Positions 1 through 12,276 of a stretch of 64,000 nucleotides of DNA are shown in pieces. Position numbers and translations under genes: made by a program. Where the stretch lies: positions 806,001 through 870,000 of the forward strand of contig QPGO01000004.1 of assembly GCA_008632985.1 (NCBI GenBank). Reading direction: 5' to 3'. Numbering within the stretch: the stretch's first letter is position 1; each line of letters starts with the position of its first letter. The DNA is from Psammoneis japonica. Its lineage: Eukaryota. Under the pieces are notes generated by a model. That model was given only the letters and a program-made list of their open reading frames with translations. It was not told where the DNA came from and searched no databases.

Positions 1-554
1 GAGAATCCGAGCAGCGGCGACGATCGATTGGGGCTCATATAACTTACCGCATTGCGCTGACCGACCGACGATCGAATGACTGAAAGCATAGCTTATGATA
101 TCTCTTGTGGATAGCTTGTGGCTTTACTCTTCCTTTCGTCCCTCCAATAAGCTGGTTACGGGAAAGTGCAACGGTGCTCGAATGCCGATCTCGAGAAAAG
201 CTGTTCGTTGTGCGGTGGTGGCCTGTTGGCGCTGTTGGCCGAGAAAGATCTTCGCGAAGTTCCGCGCTAAAGAAGGGAGGGAATGCGTGCGACGAACAGA
301 CACACTCGGTTCCTACTTCTACTTCTAGCTCGCTCGCTATCTCATCTTGGATCTACTCGTATTTATCATCTCTACGTACCGGTACTCTAGTACCGTAGTA
401 GAGAGGGCCTATCTAATAACTCTTGTGGGATTTCAATCGAAAAGCTATCCCATCCGGATATTTTTACAACGGCAATCTGAAACGAGCCGACTGTAAAAGC
501 GAGAGTGTAGCATGCTGACAGGATAATCTTTAAAAAGAAGAAAGCTCACGAAAA

Positions 555-1718
555 CTAAAGGGACGACTTGGGCTCGACCTCCAAGACAGCGGCAGCGCCC
601 ATTCCGGTTCCAATGCACATTGATACAACACCAAATCTCTTCTTGCTTCTTTGTAGCTCATAAACAAGTGTAGCAATCTGTCTTGCACCCGTACACCCGA
701 GTGGATGTCCTAGTGCAATTGCACCGCCGTTGGGATTCACCTTGGCGGCATCAATCTTGAGGTGATCTACACACCACGTGGCTTGCGATGCAAACGCTTC
801 GTTGATTTCATAGACATCAATATCTTCGACACTCAAGGAGGTTTGTTCCAAAACCGCAGGAATAGCCACAGCTGGTCCAATTCCCATGATACGTGGAGGA
901 ACACCCTTTACGGCAAAACCACGCCACACCGCCAACACTGGGAGGTTTCGTTTTACAGCCTCTTCTCTAGTCATTAACAACACTGCAGCTGCACCGTCAG
1001 TTGTTTGACTCGAGTTTCCAGCAGTCGTAACGCCATTTTCGTCAAACACAGGTTTCAACCTAGACAAGATGTCAAGCGACGTGTTGGGTCGAATCCCATC
1101 GTCTCTCGTCACGTTTCCAACAGGAACAATTTCCGCATCAAACTTGCCTGCTGCTTGTGCACTCGCTGCCTTTTGATGAGACTTTGCTGCAAATGCATCT
1201 AGATCGGTTCGATTCAGTCCATACTCTTTTACAACGTTTTCACTCGTAACTCCCATGGGAGTCAGACAATCCATGGCTGGCGGACATTTTTTCATTTCGT
1301 CCCAATCCACGTCCGGCATGGGTATGCTCTTCATGGGATGGGTTGACATGCTTTCCACTCCAGCTCCAATACCGATCGTTATTTGACCGGTCGCAATGGC
1401 ATTGGCAATGTTGGCTACTGCTTGTAGTCCAGAAGAACACTGACGATTCACAGTGTGTAGCGAGCAAGTGTCTGGGTATCCAGCAGCAAGCTGTGCCATG
1501 CGCATTGCTGCGGCTCCCGATGCAGGTGACAGCACATTTCCAACACACACGTCCTCCACATCGTGAGGCTGAATCGATGACCCACATCGATCCAAACATC
1601 CCTTGAGAGCCACCGACAACAAGGTCGACGGAGGTACCTTGGCCAATCCACCCTTTCTTGCTCGACACAGCGGAGTTCGAACAGCACTCACAATCACGAC
1701 GTCAGACGATCGACCCAT
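555..1718 (-). CDS. 3-ketoacyl-CoA thiolase, probably peroxisomal
   Basis: Thiolase motifs NRQCSSGLQA, NEAFA, GGAIALGHPLG, SMCIGTGMG; C-terminal SSL is PTS1-like; intronless 387 aa. Confidence 0.95.
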   Translation of the reverse strand: MGRSSDVVIVSAVRTPLCRARKGGLAKVPPSTLLSVALKGCLDRCGSSIQPHDVEDVCVGNVLSPASGAAAMRMAQLAAGYPDTCSLHTVNRQCSSGLQAVANIANAIATGQITIGIGAGVESMSTHPMKSIPMPDVDWDEMKKCPPAMDCLTPMGVTSENVVKEYGLNRTDLDAFAAKSHQKAASAQAAGKFDAEIVPVGNVTRDDGIRPNTSLDILSRLKPVFDENGVTTAGNSSQTTDGAAAVLLMTREEAVKRNLPVLAVWRGFAVKGVPPRIMGIGPAVAIPAVLEQTSLSVEDIDVYEINEAFASQATWCVDHLKIDAAKVNPNGGAIALGHPLGCTGARQIATLVYELQRSKKRFGVVSMCIGTGMGAAAVLEVEPKSSL

Positions 1719-2694
1719 GTTCTATCTTTATCTTGTTTAAGAAGAGAATAGCTTTTTGGCTTATGTGCTTGGCACGACCTCGATCAACGATGAGTGCGTC
1801 GTTTTTGTTCTGTGAAAAAAAGATGAGACCATTGTCGACACGCGGAGGCAAGTTCAAAGTGCAAGATCGAGTGCACTATTTTGGAGAGCTCGAGAGCTTG
1901 AAACTCTACGTTGTCGTAGGCCACGTCACCGAGTAGGAACCTACGTGGTCCATACTGAACAGCCCTTTTAACCTTTGACGTCACGTTCGACGTGGGCCAG
2001 AAAAATTTGAGTTCGCAACGAGCTTCTCATTCACAATTTCCCCCCGACTGATCATCACGAAGACGAGAGAGCGCAGGTAAGGTAAGAACACGTCCCAAGC
2101 GCATCGTTTTCGAATCATCTCTTGCTGTATCTAGTACGATATGCGTCGTTGAGACGTTCGATGAGTCAATTTTGGCCTTCATGGGGTATCAACTCGTCGT
2201 TTGCCGACGACAATGCTGAAACGGTATGTTTGATGCGAAGCTCTTTTCACGACCCGAAATCGGAGTATTCGCTTCTTACTTGCCTTGCATCGACCGGTGT
2301 TGTTCTATGCATTCGGATTTCAGGCTGATAAAGTCGCTTTGGAAGCAATCGTTGTCTCACCGTTGGCCATGGCTCGTTTGGATTGAGAGCAACGTCGATG
2401 TTTCTCGCGTATGTGACGCGGCCTCGTGGCTTTGGTACTGCTTCTACGGTGCGATTTTTTTAGCAGCAGAAAAGGGTGCATCATCGCATCGGATTTGTGA
2501 AATTTGAATTTTCTACGTAGTTTCTACGTAGACCGCGGTACAATCCAATGATTTCATTTTGTTTTTCGTGCCTGTCATCTGCAATTCTTTTTCAGACCCA
2601 TCAGCTGCGCTACTGTGTCTCATCGAATCTTCTTTTGCATCGTCCCATGCTCTCTCCCATGCAGTTTGTTTATTGTAATGCTTCGCAGAGTAAC

Positions 2695-3495
2695 ATGAGT
2701 GAGGATAGTACTAGTAAGGCCGATCAGTTGGAACTTACAGAGTCGAGAACATCGTCGACTGTTGATTACGACACGGACAGCGCGCACCCGCCGGTATCTC
2801 CCAAAACCCCTGCCGAGAGTTTCTTTCTCCCGCAGCTGGGAACATCGCAGATATCGGCGTTTGCGCTTGCGTCTGAAATCAACAAGAACAGTCGACGTGC
2901 TGGCTCTTCTCGTTCCAACTATTCTGGCGCGACGGACGATTTCGCGAGTGCAGTTGATAATGCAGAAGACTTGGACTCACCCGAACACACCCCCACACCT
3001 TCTTATAATTTGTTTGGAAAGGACGTGCTTGTTATCTCACGAGAACCGATACCCGAAGACGATCTAGAATTTCAAGACTCAATCATGTCACAAGAAAATC
3101 ACGTTGACGTTGCCCAGCATGTATACGAAGGAGCCAAGGACGTTTGGGCCTGGGGAAAGGGCGTTGGAGTGTTCAAGCCCTTTCTCGGACTTGCTGAAGG
3201 AATTGCCTCCAAGGTTGTTTCTGTGGCAGGATCCAGCCTCGGCGACATTGATGGTGAAATCAAGCCGAAGCTTGCTGGACTCGATGATAAATACATCAAC
3301 CCAGCTGTCAATGCTGTTGTTGGGCTCATCCTTTCCACCGTTAGCAAGACGGATGAGTTTGTTCGTCCCATCATCATGACGGTGCTTGGACCCATTGGTC
3401 TTGCTCAGATTGAAGACGGAGAGTCGTCGAGCAGCAAGAAGAAGCCGTTGGACACCAATCCCGAAACGACCACGCCTGTGGCTGTCATGAACTAA
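2695..3495 (+). CDS. Uncharacterised protein (Ser/acidic N-terminus, amphipathic/hydrophobic C-terminal half)
   Basis: Long ORF; likely ATG at 2695 just after a CAG acceptor (2686-2688); possible 5' UTR intron from GTAAG at 2077. Confidence 0.7.
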   Translation: MSEDSTSKADQLELTESRTSSTVDYDTDSAHPPVSPKTPAESFFLPQLGTSQISAFALASEINKNSRRAGSSRSNYSGATDDFASAVDNAEDLDSPEHTPTPSYNLFGKDVLVISREPIPEDDLEFQDSIMSQENHVDVAQHVYEGAKDVWAWGKGVGVFKPFLGLAEGIASKVVSVAGSSLGDIDGEIKPKLAGLDDKYINPAVNAVVGLILSTVSKTDEFVRPIIMTVLGPIGLAQIEDGESSSSKKKPLDTNPETTTPVAVMN

Positions 3496-4039
3496 ACAAG
3501 CATTGGGCAAAAGAGTAGTTTTTAGAAACTTATGCATCGATCTTGGGCTAGTTGATGCTTACATAGAGATTCGAGAGAAAGATTTGAAGCTACGCATACG
3601 AAGATATTGGAGTCTCATTCCTTTATGGTACATGGATATATGACTTCTTGTTTCTTTACTTTGAATGATAGTAGTGTGGTGTTTCTTGAGTTTCAGATTG
3701 TTGTTCTATCTTGTCGTACTGTACGGGTATTATGCGATGCCTTTCGAGCAATCGCGGCTGCCGTCATGTTATGGTTATTGAATCGAATGTGACTCCTTGT
3801 TGCTTTAGGGCCCTACAGTACTTCGAACGATACCGGCAGTACTGCGGTGTTTCTTGAGTTTCCTACAGTATTGTGGTTCTTGCCGTTCGGCTATTCTATC
3901 TATGCGATGCCTTTAGAAAGAGGTACACGAATTACTTAGACGAGGTTGCACGTCACGTTGCACATACACGTATTGTAACTATTTGTAGTCATTAGTTGTT
4001 AGCGTTTCGATCATGCGTCGTCCCTACCAGTTCTCTACT

Positions 4040-6205
4040 CTAGTCGGCAAGATCCTCGCACAAGCGTCCATCGTTTCCTAGCTGTCTCAGATAGTTGGTA
4101 GCCTCGTCCGCGTTCATGTTGCCCTTTTCTTGCAAAATGCTGTGCAACACATTTTCGACAGCAACTCCAAGCGACCGTTGACCACCACAAACATAAATAT
4201 AAGCACCCCGTTCAATAGCGTCATAGACCATGTCTTGTTCTTCCTTGATGACGTCGGATATCAACCCACAGGCTTGGCTAGGAGTAAAGCAACCTGATGA
4301 ATACGCAACATTAGCAGTCGTGACGGCGCCCACCTCCTTGGCACGGTCAATCACTTCTCGGTACACTTCATCACGAGGATTGCGAAATCCCAAAAACAAA
4401 TGCCCATCGCCGTACTGGGTTGCTTGCAACGCAATGCGTTCTTCGAGAAAGGCACGAATCGGGGCGACTCCACAACCACCAGCAATCAGCAAAACGGGTG
4501 TAGCAATGTCTTGCGGAAGACGAAAGGTTGGATTCTTCTTGATGTAGGCAGGGACACTGTTGAACTTGTCGTCATCCTGAATGACACCCAAGTCCGACAA
4601 GAAACTAGTAGCAACACCCTCTCGAAGTACTCCTCGGCTTGTCACGTACTTGACGGGTCTATACGTGATAAATACCTCTCGTGGATGAAGCAGAGCCGAC
4701 GATGCAATGGAATAATGCCGAGGAGTCATGGGTGGTAAATTGTACAAGAGTTCCTCCAGCGTTGGAAGGTTGCCACTCTCGTAAATCAAATCAAGCGCCG
4801 TCTTGCGTGTCAAGGCAATATCCCGTTTGTATGCAATGTCCTTTTTCAGAAGCAACTCTCGTGCAAAAGAGGGTGACGGCACGGCTCCCAAATCCACACA
4901 ATGCGACAAGGTCTCGCGTACAGTCAATCCCGTTGGATGAGGATACTTTCTCGAATCGCCAGCGTCTTGTTCAATAATGCTTTGCGGGTCCACGTCCAAC
5001 ACGTCCAAATAGGCATCGACAATGCAATCCGAGTTTCGTGGATAAATGACAACTAAATCACCCGCTTCGTACGTCACGTCTGGATGGTCCTCGAGTGAAA
5101 TGCACATTTCTCGCAACCCATAGTCACCACAGCCGACGCTCAGTGGGCCATTCACCGTTACGCGCTGTTGCACACGTGTTTTTTTTTCTAAGTGAGCACG
5201 ACGATGATTCGTTTTTCAACATATTAGACAACTCAATAGCAATCACAACCCAAAGCTTACCATTTTTCTCGTTTGTGGCTGATAAAATGGATGATCCGTG
5301 TTTTGCAAATGAAACAAATCGTCCCTTACAATTTCCGTCTCTGGCGCGAGCAACCGGAGTGGATGGTACTTGTCTGAAATTCGTCGCTCCATTTCCTCCG
5401 TCTTGTGTTGCTCGACCTCACTCGGAAGAGAATCAATAGATTCGATATCCACGTGCTCGACCCCCTCTGTTGCTTTGCTGCTTGGGTCTTGTGTCAAGTG
5501 CTGCACTACACTCTGTACCCATACGTCACAATCGTCTTCAATACAATCCCCATCATCGCCTAGACCCAAATCATGGACTCGTATCGCACCCAATGCTTGT
5601 AACTTTGCATCAATGCCCTTGCCAATGACATTGTAATGATTGGGATGTGCCTGTTTGTTGCCCAATCCAAACACGGCGTAACGAATCAACGACCAATCTT
5701 GCATGGTTGCATCTTGTTGTTGGGAAAGCCACTCGTAAAATTGTCTGGCATTGTCGGGTGGTTCTCCGACACCCGCCGTGGATATGAAAATAATATTCAA
5801 CGAGTCGGGATCCAACGCTTGATCGGGACTTGGTGATTCGTGAAGACCTACAATGTCAACTTGACGTGATTCGTCGGCTTCGTAGAGAGCGTCCGACAAT
5901 TGCATGGAAAACAGCTGTGCCGTGCCACCCTGAGAACCGTACATGATTTTGACCGGGTCGTGATTTATGGACGACTCGTTTTCGTCGTCATTGTCAGTTG
6001 GTAGTGTCGAAAAGTATCTGTAAGAAGTTGCTCTTGTGGAAGGAGCAAAACGGCATGCTTCGAGCGACGAGGCTCGAGACGAAAGCGTAGAGAGTCTCGA
6101 ATTGCTGCTCAAGACTCTAACATGACGACTTGAATTGGAACGTATGGTTCGACAGAGACTTGATGTAAGCGGTCGAGCCGCTCGTCGTGTCGTAAGGAGC
6201 ATCAT
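4040..6205 (-). CDS. Diflavin (FMN/FAD) oxidoreductase, cytochrome P450 reductase-like, with mitochondrial-type presequence; 2 exons (6205-5261, 5164-4040)
   Basis: Flavodoxin motifs YGSQGGTA, STAGVGEPPDN, YAVFGLGN; FNR motifs PRHYSIAS, GVATSFL, IAGGCGVAP, YVCG; GT-AG intron 5260-5165 keeps the frame; Arg/Ser-rich N-terminus. Confidence 0.9.
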
Positions 6206-6496
6206 GGTTATGTTCTTCACGCTGTTGGCAGAAATTGTGGCACCTTTCACCAACGAAAAAGGGGTTTGGGTTGGCACTTTTTTTCTCCCGCCCGCACTTT
6301 CATGATGCGCGACGTTTCTGTGACGCAAAATCCGAACACCCTTCATGTCTTCTTCCTGAAGTTTCGACGCCCCCACGTAGAAATCTACGTAATCGTGTAT
6401 GACCTCAATGCGAACCCCGCCCGCGGGCACTTCAAGATCCACGAAATCTTTTTCTGCAGAAGATCGCACAACAGGCACACACACACAACACTCACC
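6206..6496. promoter_or_regulatory. Putative bidirectional promoter between the reductase and HCP
   Basis: 291 bp between divergent ATGs; contains palindrome ACGTAGA-aa-TCTACGT (6375-6390) and two CCGCCCGC motifs. Confidence 0.55.
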
Positions 6497-8501
6497 ATGA
6501 TGTTTTCACGCCTTGCCGTTTCCAGTCTCCGTCGTCGTGGAACGACCGTACTCGCCAGACAAGCTAGTATTGCTGCTCGTAAGAATGTTGGCAGTCTCTC
6601 AATTGCAACAAGCAGATCCTTTTCTGCTTCTGCTTCTGCACCGACGCCTCCTCCCATGGAAATGTTCTGTCGTCAATGCGAACAAACCAAGGATCATTTG
6701 GGTTGCACCACGTTGGGTGTTTGTGGTAAAACATCCGAAACATCAGCACTACAGGACGGTTTGATTCAAGTCGTAAAGACGGTCAGTCTCTGGGCCGTGG
6801 CGGCACGAGAGGCGGGGGCTTCTGCGGAAGAAATGAAGGCTGCCAATGACTGGACGCTCCACGCGGCGTATGCCACCATGACCAATGTCAATTTCTCCGA
6901 GAGTCGAATTGCTCAACAACTTCATCAAGGCATGCGTATCAAACAAGTCTTGCAAGAATTAGTCACTGCCAAGGGCGGAACGGCTCCGACGGGACCTGTA
7001 GCAGACTTGGAATTGGAGCCCAGTGCGTCCATGGAAGAATTGGAAGACTTTGGAAGAAGCGTGTCGATTCCAAAACGCAAAGAAAACATGGGAAATGACG
7101 ATTGCTTTTCACTCAATGAGATTGCCACGTACGGTACAAAGGGGGTTTCCGCGTATGCGGCTCACTGTCGAGAAATGACAGCCGAGGTCGATGAGACCGT
7201 CATGGTGGCTGTGCATGAAATTTGGAGCAAACTCGCCTCGGACGAGGCTGACATGGACGGACTCTTGGCGACCGTGTTGAGAGTGGGAGAAATCAATGCA
7301 ACCGTTTTGGCCAATTTGGATGGTCTTCACGCTTCCACCTTTGGCGATCCCGAACCCACTCCGGTACGAACCACGGCGGTCAAGGGTAAAGCCATTCTCG
7401 TGTCGGGACATGATTTGGTAGATCTCAAGGCGCTTTTGGAACAGACAGAAGGAACCGGAATCAATGTATACACGCACGGAGAGATGCTTCCCGCTCATGC
7501 CTATCCGGAGCTCAGGAAACACGAGCATTTGGTGGGAAACTACGGAACTGCGGTACGATGTTGGTTCGAGTACTGTCAGCTTGTTTCAGCATAAAACATA
7601 CTTTCTCATCTGTTTGTCGTTTTCTCTTTTACACATCAGTGGCAAAACCAAAAGTTTGAGTTTGCGGCATTCCCTGGACCAATTGTCATGACGTCCAATT
7701 GTATCATTGAGCCTCGTCGTATTTACAAGGATAGGATCTACACAATGAATGCCGTCGGTATGGATGGAATCAAGCATATTGGAGAGGAACGAGACTTTTC
7801 CGAAGTTATCGCTCAAGCGCAGTCCAAAAAGGGATTCCCAAAGACTATTGAGCCCGCGCATTACCACACTACGGGATTCAATCACCGCGCCGTGTTGCCT
7901 CTTGCAGGACAAGTCATTGAAGCTGTCCAGAAGGGCGAGTTGTCGAGAATCTTTTTGATTGGTGGATGCGATGGTGCGTTCGATTGGGGAGTGTTTAACT
8001 ACTGTGCTTTTCTTGTTTCTCACCCCGTTCTTTTTTTTTACTATTACCACAGGAAGCCAATGGGAACGCAGCTACTTTACTGATTTAGCCGAAGAGACGC
8101 CGGACGATTCCATCATTTTGACTCTTGGTTGCGCCAAGAACCGCATTATTCACAATGAAAAGCTACTCAACGCCACTCTTGCCAATGGTCTTCCCCGTGT
8201 GCTTGATATGGGCCAGTGCAACGATTCCTACTCGGCCGTCGTTGTTGCCACGGAGCTTGCCAAGGCGTTGGATTGCAGCGTCAATGACTTGCCTCTCAGC
8301 TTGGCCTTGTCGCATTTGGAACAAAAAGCTGCTGCCGTCCTCTTGACGCTACTCAGTATGGGTGTAAAGAATATCCGACTTGGACCGTCGCTTCCGGCAT
8401 ACGTCACTCCCAATGTTCTTGATGTGTTGGTCAAGAATTACAACCTCATGCCCACGGGTGACGCCAAGGCTGACATCAAGGCCATGATGGCTGGGAACTG
8501 A
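6497..8501 (+). CDS. hcp: Hybrid cluster protein (prismane; hydroxylamine/NO reductase), 3 exons (6497-7552, 7640-7973, 8053-8501)
   Basis: MFCRQCEQT...GC...VCGK (C-x2-C-x8-C-x5-C), SGHDL, YTHGEMLPAH, NYGTA|WQNQ, TSNC, GGCDG, LGCAK, DMGQCNDSY, LEQKA; splicing restores the motifs exactly; mitochondrial-type presequence. Confidence 0.97.
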
Positions 8502-8614
8502 TGAGAATGATACAACTACATGTATTTATAGAGAGAGGAGATACTAACTCAAATACACACGACTCTAGAGAGAAATCTATATGTTGTAGTTTGAACTTTG
8601 ACCTGGCTGAATCT

Positions 8615-10396
8615 TTACTCGGTAGGAAGGTACTTTCCTGGATTCATAATGCCGTGTGGATCAAACATGGAACGAATCGATTTCATTGCCGACAATGCGG
8701 TCGCATCCTTGGCCATGGTCAAATAGTTGTTTTTGCATTGGCCCAGACCGTGCTCGGCTGATATTGAACCCCCTCGCCGAACTACAGACTCAAACAAAAA
8801 GGGTTCAATCAGAGTTGTAATGCTTGGATCCTCGTCAAAATCTCCCGGTGTCGTCACATTGAAATGAAGGTTACCGTCAATGACATGGCCCCAGTTCACG
8901 ACCAAGGCATGCTCTGGCAATCGATTTCGCATTTCTAGTATTATATCATCAAAGTCAGACACTGGAAGTGAAATGTCGTATTTCCAATTGTAGCCTAGAC
9001 CGAGTATGGAGTCAATACCGTATGGATGACGCAATCAGAAAAGCAGTGTAAGAAAAACGAGACTCGACGCTCGTTCTCGCATTGTCGTCAATGTACCCAC
9101 CTGTTGATTTCACAACGGGATTGCAGGATTCTCGCACTTCCCACATTTGATGAACCTGAGACAAATCTTGGGCTAAAACTCCATCTACTACAAGGCTTTC
9201 CTCCATGGCTGCCTCCAGAAATGATTCCATTTTCTCCATGTCATGGTCCGCATTGGATCCTTGCGTTTCCACCAAAAGGCTGTACGGATAACACTCCCCA
9301 TTGCTACTAACCAGCGGCACTTTTACTTCATTTCTGACAAGATCCAGAACTTCCTTATCGATGAATTCGAATGCAGCCAGTACCTCGCCAAGCTTTCCTT
9401 TTGCCATGGACAGTGTCTGCTGAACCTGTTCAAACGTCTCGCATGCCAAAAAGGCGGCGTTGCGAGCCTGCGGCAATCGCGGACACAGCAAGGCGACCTT
9501 GGTAATTATACCTAAAGTTCCTTCCGCCCCAATGAACAAATGCTTTACATCGTAACCGGTATTGTCCTTGAGATTTACCGCACTCATTAGGTCAAGCACG
9601 TTTCCATTTGGAAGCACAACTTCCAACCCCAACACGTTCGCATGCAAAGATCCAAAACGATAAAAGTACTGCCCCCCGGCATTGGTGCTAACGTTACCAC
9701 CAATACAGCAGGTTCCTTTTGCACCCAAGTCCACTGGAATCATGTGATCTTGTTGGGAAGTGTAGTCTTGTAAATTTTGTAAAATGCAACCAGCTCCACA
9801 TTTCAAAATGCCGCTCGTCTCATCCAATCCCTCGACCTCATCCAATTCTTTGACACTCACAACAACTTCCTTTGCTATCGGAACGCTTCCACCGACCAAT
9901 CCTGTATTTCCCGCCTGAGGAACAACTCCGATTCGCTTTTCGTGACAATATCGCAAGATGGACGAAACCTCTGCGGTTGTCTTTGGCCGAAGAACAATTT
10001 CAGAAAATCCCTCGTAATGTTTCTGTGGAATCAGCAATCCATGATTTGTTCACATTAGAACTTGATCAGATGCAAGCTTTACGTACAAAAGAGATCACTT
10101 ACAGTCCAATCGCTATTGTATTGCTCGAGTAGGTCTTCACTCGTCACAACGCTCCCTTGGCGCTTGTTCATCATGGCCAAGAAATTCTCGGCATCCTCAT
10201 TCGTCGCAACGTTCAATCCTGAAAACGCCCTGCCGAAGAAAGATTTCTCGCGGAAATCTTTCGATATTGGGGATACAAGCTTGCTGAACGCTTTTGGCAG
10301 AACCGTGCCAAGCTCCTCAGCGATGTTGCCATGGTCGCCATCATCAATCAGAACCCACGAAGATGCAAGATCCAAAATTGTGACGGATCTTCCCAT
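8615..10396 (-). CDS. D2HGDH: D-2-hydroxyglutarate dehydrogenase-like FAD oxidase (3 exons)
   Basis: PQAGNTGLVGGSVP, IGGNVSTNAGG, KDNTGYD, FIGAEGTLG, GHVIDGNLH, GSISAEHGLG, DPHGIMNPGK; start codon uncertain. Confidence 0.92.
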
Positions 10397-10746
10397 AAAC
10401 GTCAAAATAACCGCCAACGAACAGTGTTACTGTAATGACGACGGTATTGCCAACAGGCGCCCGTAGTCTACTGGCGCGGCGTGTGTGTTGCCCGCCGGCC
10501 CGCACGCCATTTGCCATGGCGCCAGCACGTTGAACGTTGCCATCGTGTTACGTTCAAGCCCTGTTTTGCTGTTATCTTTCATCATTCATTCAATCCGTCA
10601 ATCCTGCAAACTGCACAACTCTTTCGCGCTTTTGCCTATGTTAAGCTGAAGTCACGCCTGAGTGTCCTTTCAATCCTTACTCAAGAATTCCTCCAGCGGA
10701 TTCGTTGAGTCTCGACGACAGGCTCATTCATGATTTCGTCAAGAGG

Positions 10747-11710
10747 ATGGACACCCGCGACAATTATGTCTCGTTTGCTTGCGGCTTTGCTGCTGGAGTT
10801 GCACAGGCTGGGGTGTTTAACGCTTATGATCGAGCTTTATATCTCAGCATCAAAAACAAAACTCCTTTCCTTTCTCTGGAGAATTTCCGCAGACCCGTGA
10901 GTGTAATTTCGATGCCATTGTTGGTGATAAAGGGTCTCTTTGGCACTCACCTGCTGTTTCCACACATTCAGTATTTGGGGTTCGCGCAGTCTGTTGGAGG
11001 AAGAGCCTTGTCGGGTGGCTTGTAAGTGCGTCTATTCTATTTTCAGGCTCACTGTTATTTTGCGTCATGGATTCTCAGCTTTATTTTGCATCCGTCTCAG
11101 ATACTTTCCGCTGGAACACATGTTCATGTCCCTAATACCAAATGACGGAGGCGCTTTTCACAATTTCATGGCAGGCACTGCAGCTGGAGCGGTCAATGGG
11201 TTACTGCTCAACCCAATGTCTGCTCTCAAATATAAAACGTGGGGCAGAGATATCAACCGCGGAATGTTCACTGAAGCTCAATCCATGCTGCGCAGGGGTG
11301 GTCTCCGACCTTTTCGAAATGGTCTCATCCCAACATTGACGAGAGATGTAGTCTTTGGTGCATCCTATACCTTTTTACGATTTCAGGCGCAAGAACTCGG
11401 GCTCCCACATGAACGTCAGTGGCTGGCAAATCTAGGTGCAGCCGCGGTTGCAACGGTGGCCAGCGGACCGTTCAACTTTGCGAGGAACATTCAATACGCG
11501 ACAAAAACAGAGGCGAATGCTCCGAGTATGGTTACGATTCTGAGCAAACTCTCTGCAAAGATGCTTCAGAAACCAACTTTCGCTGAAAGGGCTAGATACC
11601 TTCAGAAGCGCTTGCGAATTGGGTGGGGGACCGCTCGCGTGGCTGTTGGGATGGCGTTTGCGAACTATGTCTACGACTTTTGTATGCTTCAATACGCGCG
11701 ACCGTCGTGA
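10747..11710 (+). CDS. Mitochondrial carrier family protein (spliced)
   Basis: Carrier-like TM repeats (FAAGVAQAGVFNAYDRA, NPMSALKY, GPFNFAR); GT-AG introns near 10897 and 11021. Confidence 0.8.
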
Positions 11711-11784
11711 AAGTCTAAAGTCCCTTTATTTTCGTTTACGAGAATGTTTTGGAACAGCATTGCTCGTTTAAATCTCGAGTCTCT

Positions 11785-12276
11785 CTAGCTGCCCGTCACG
11801 GAGTCAATAATTCCGGATATTCCGCCCTTTGGAAGGAAGTGAAATGCATCGTCCAGCAAGAGAACAAATGGGTACATAAAGACAATCCTGAAGATGAAAA
11901 AAAGCATACTGTAATTAGACAACGGGGACGATTACAGTATGCTTTCTCAGTGTCCGACGACATGTTCAACGTACCATGCCCACCAACTAATATTGAAAGG
12001 GTTCTCATTAGCAACCATTTCAGTATCTACAAAATTCATCTCTTGAACTTCGCCGCTTGCTAGATTTACCGCTGTCATACCCTTGATTTTCTCTTCTTCA
12101 GTGCCATCGGCGCTTGGCGCTTCATCCTCGGTCGGCAGCGGTTTAGGATCCGACATGAACAGCGGTCCCGCCCTCATTTTCAGTCCGCTTGACAACAGGA
12201 TAGGTTTTGTGGGTGCAAATGCACATGATGCAACAAACGTCGCAACTAACACGATGAAAGAGAGCAAGCACCTCAT
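11785..12276 (-). CDS. Small plastid-targeted membrane protein, unknown function (2 exons)
   Basis: Signal peptide followed by ASCAFAP (ASAF-like) motif; GT donor near 11973; second exon ends at TAG 11785. Confidence 0.7.

Noticed and set aside
3678..3914. Degenerate ~70-bp direct repeat (GGTGTTTCTTGAGTTTC...TATGCGATGCCTTT)
   Set aside because: Real, but only two copies between convergent genes; an ordinary local duplication, not CRISPR-like.
5179..5189. Apparent frameshift at the T9 run in the reductase
   Set aside because: The downstream CAG acceptor at 5166-5165 gives an in-frame splice, so the run is intronic.
6206..6496. Apparent overlapping N-terminal extensions of HCP and reductase ORFs (6266 and 6484)
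   Set aside because: Non-ATG starts; true presequences begin at 6497 and 6205.
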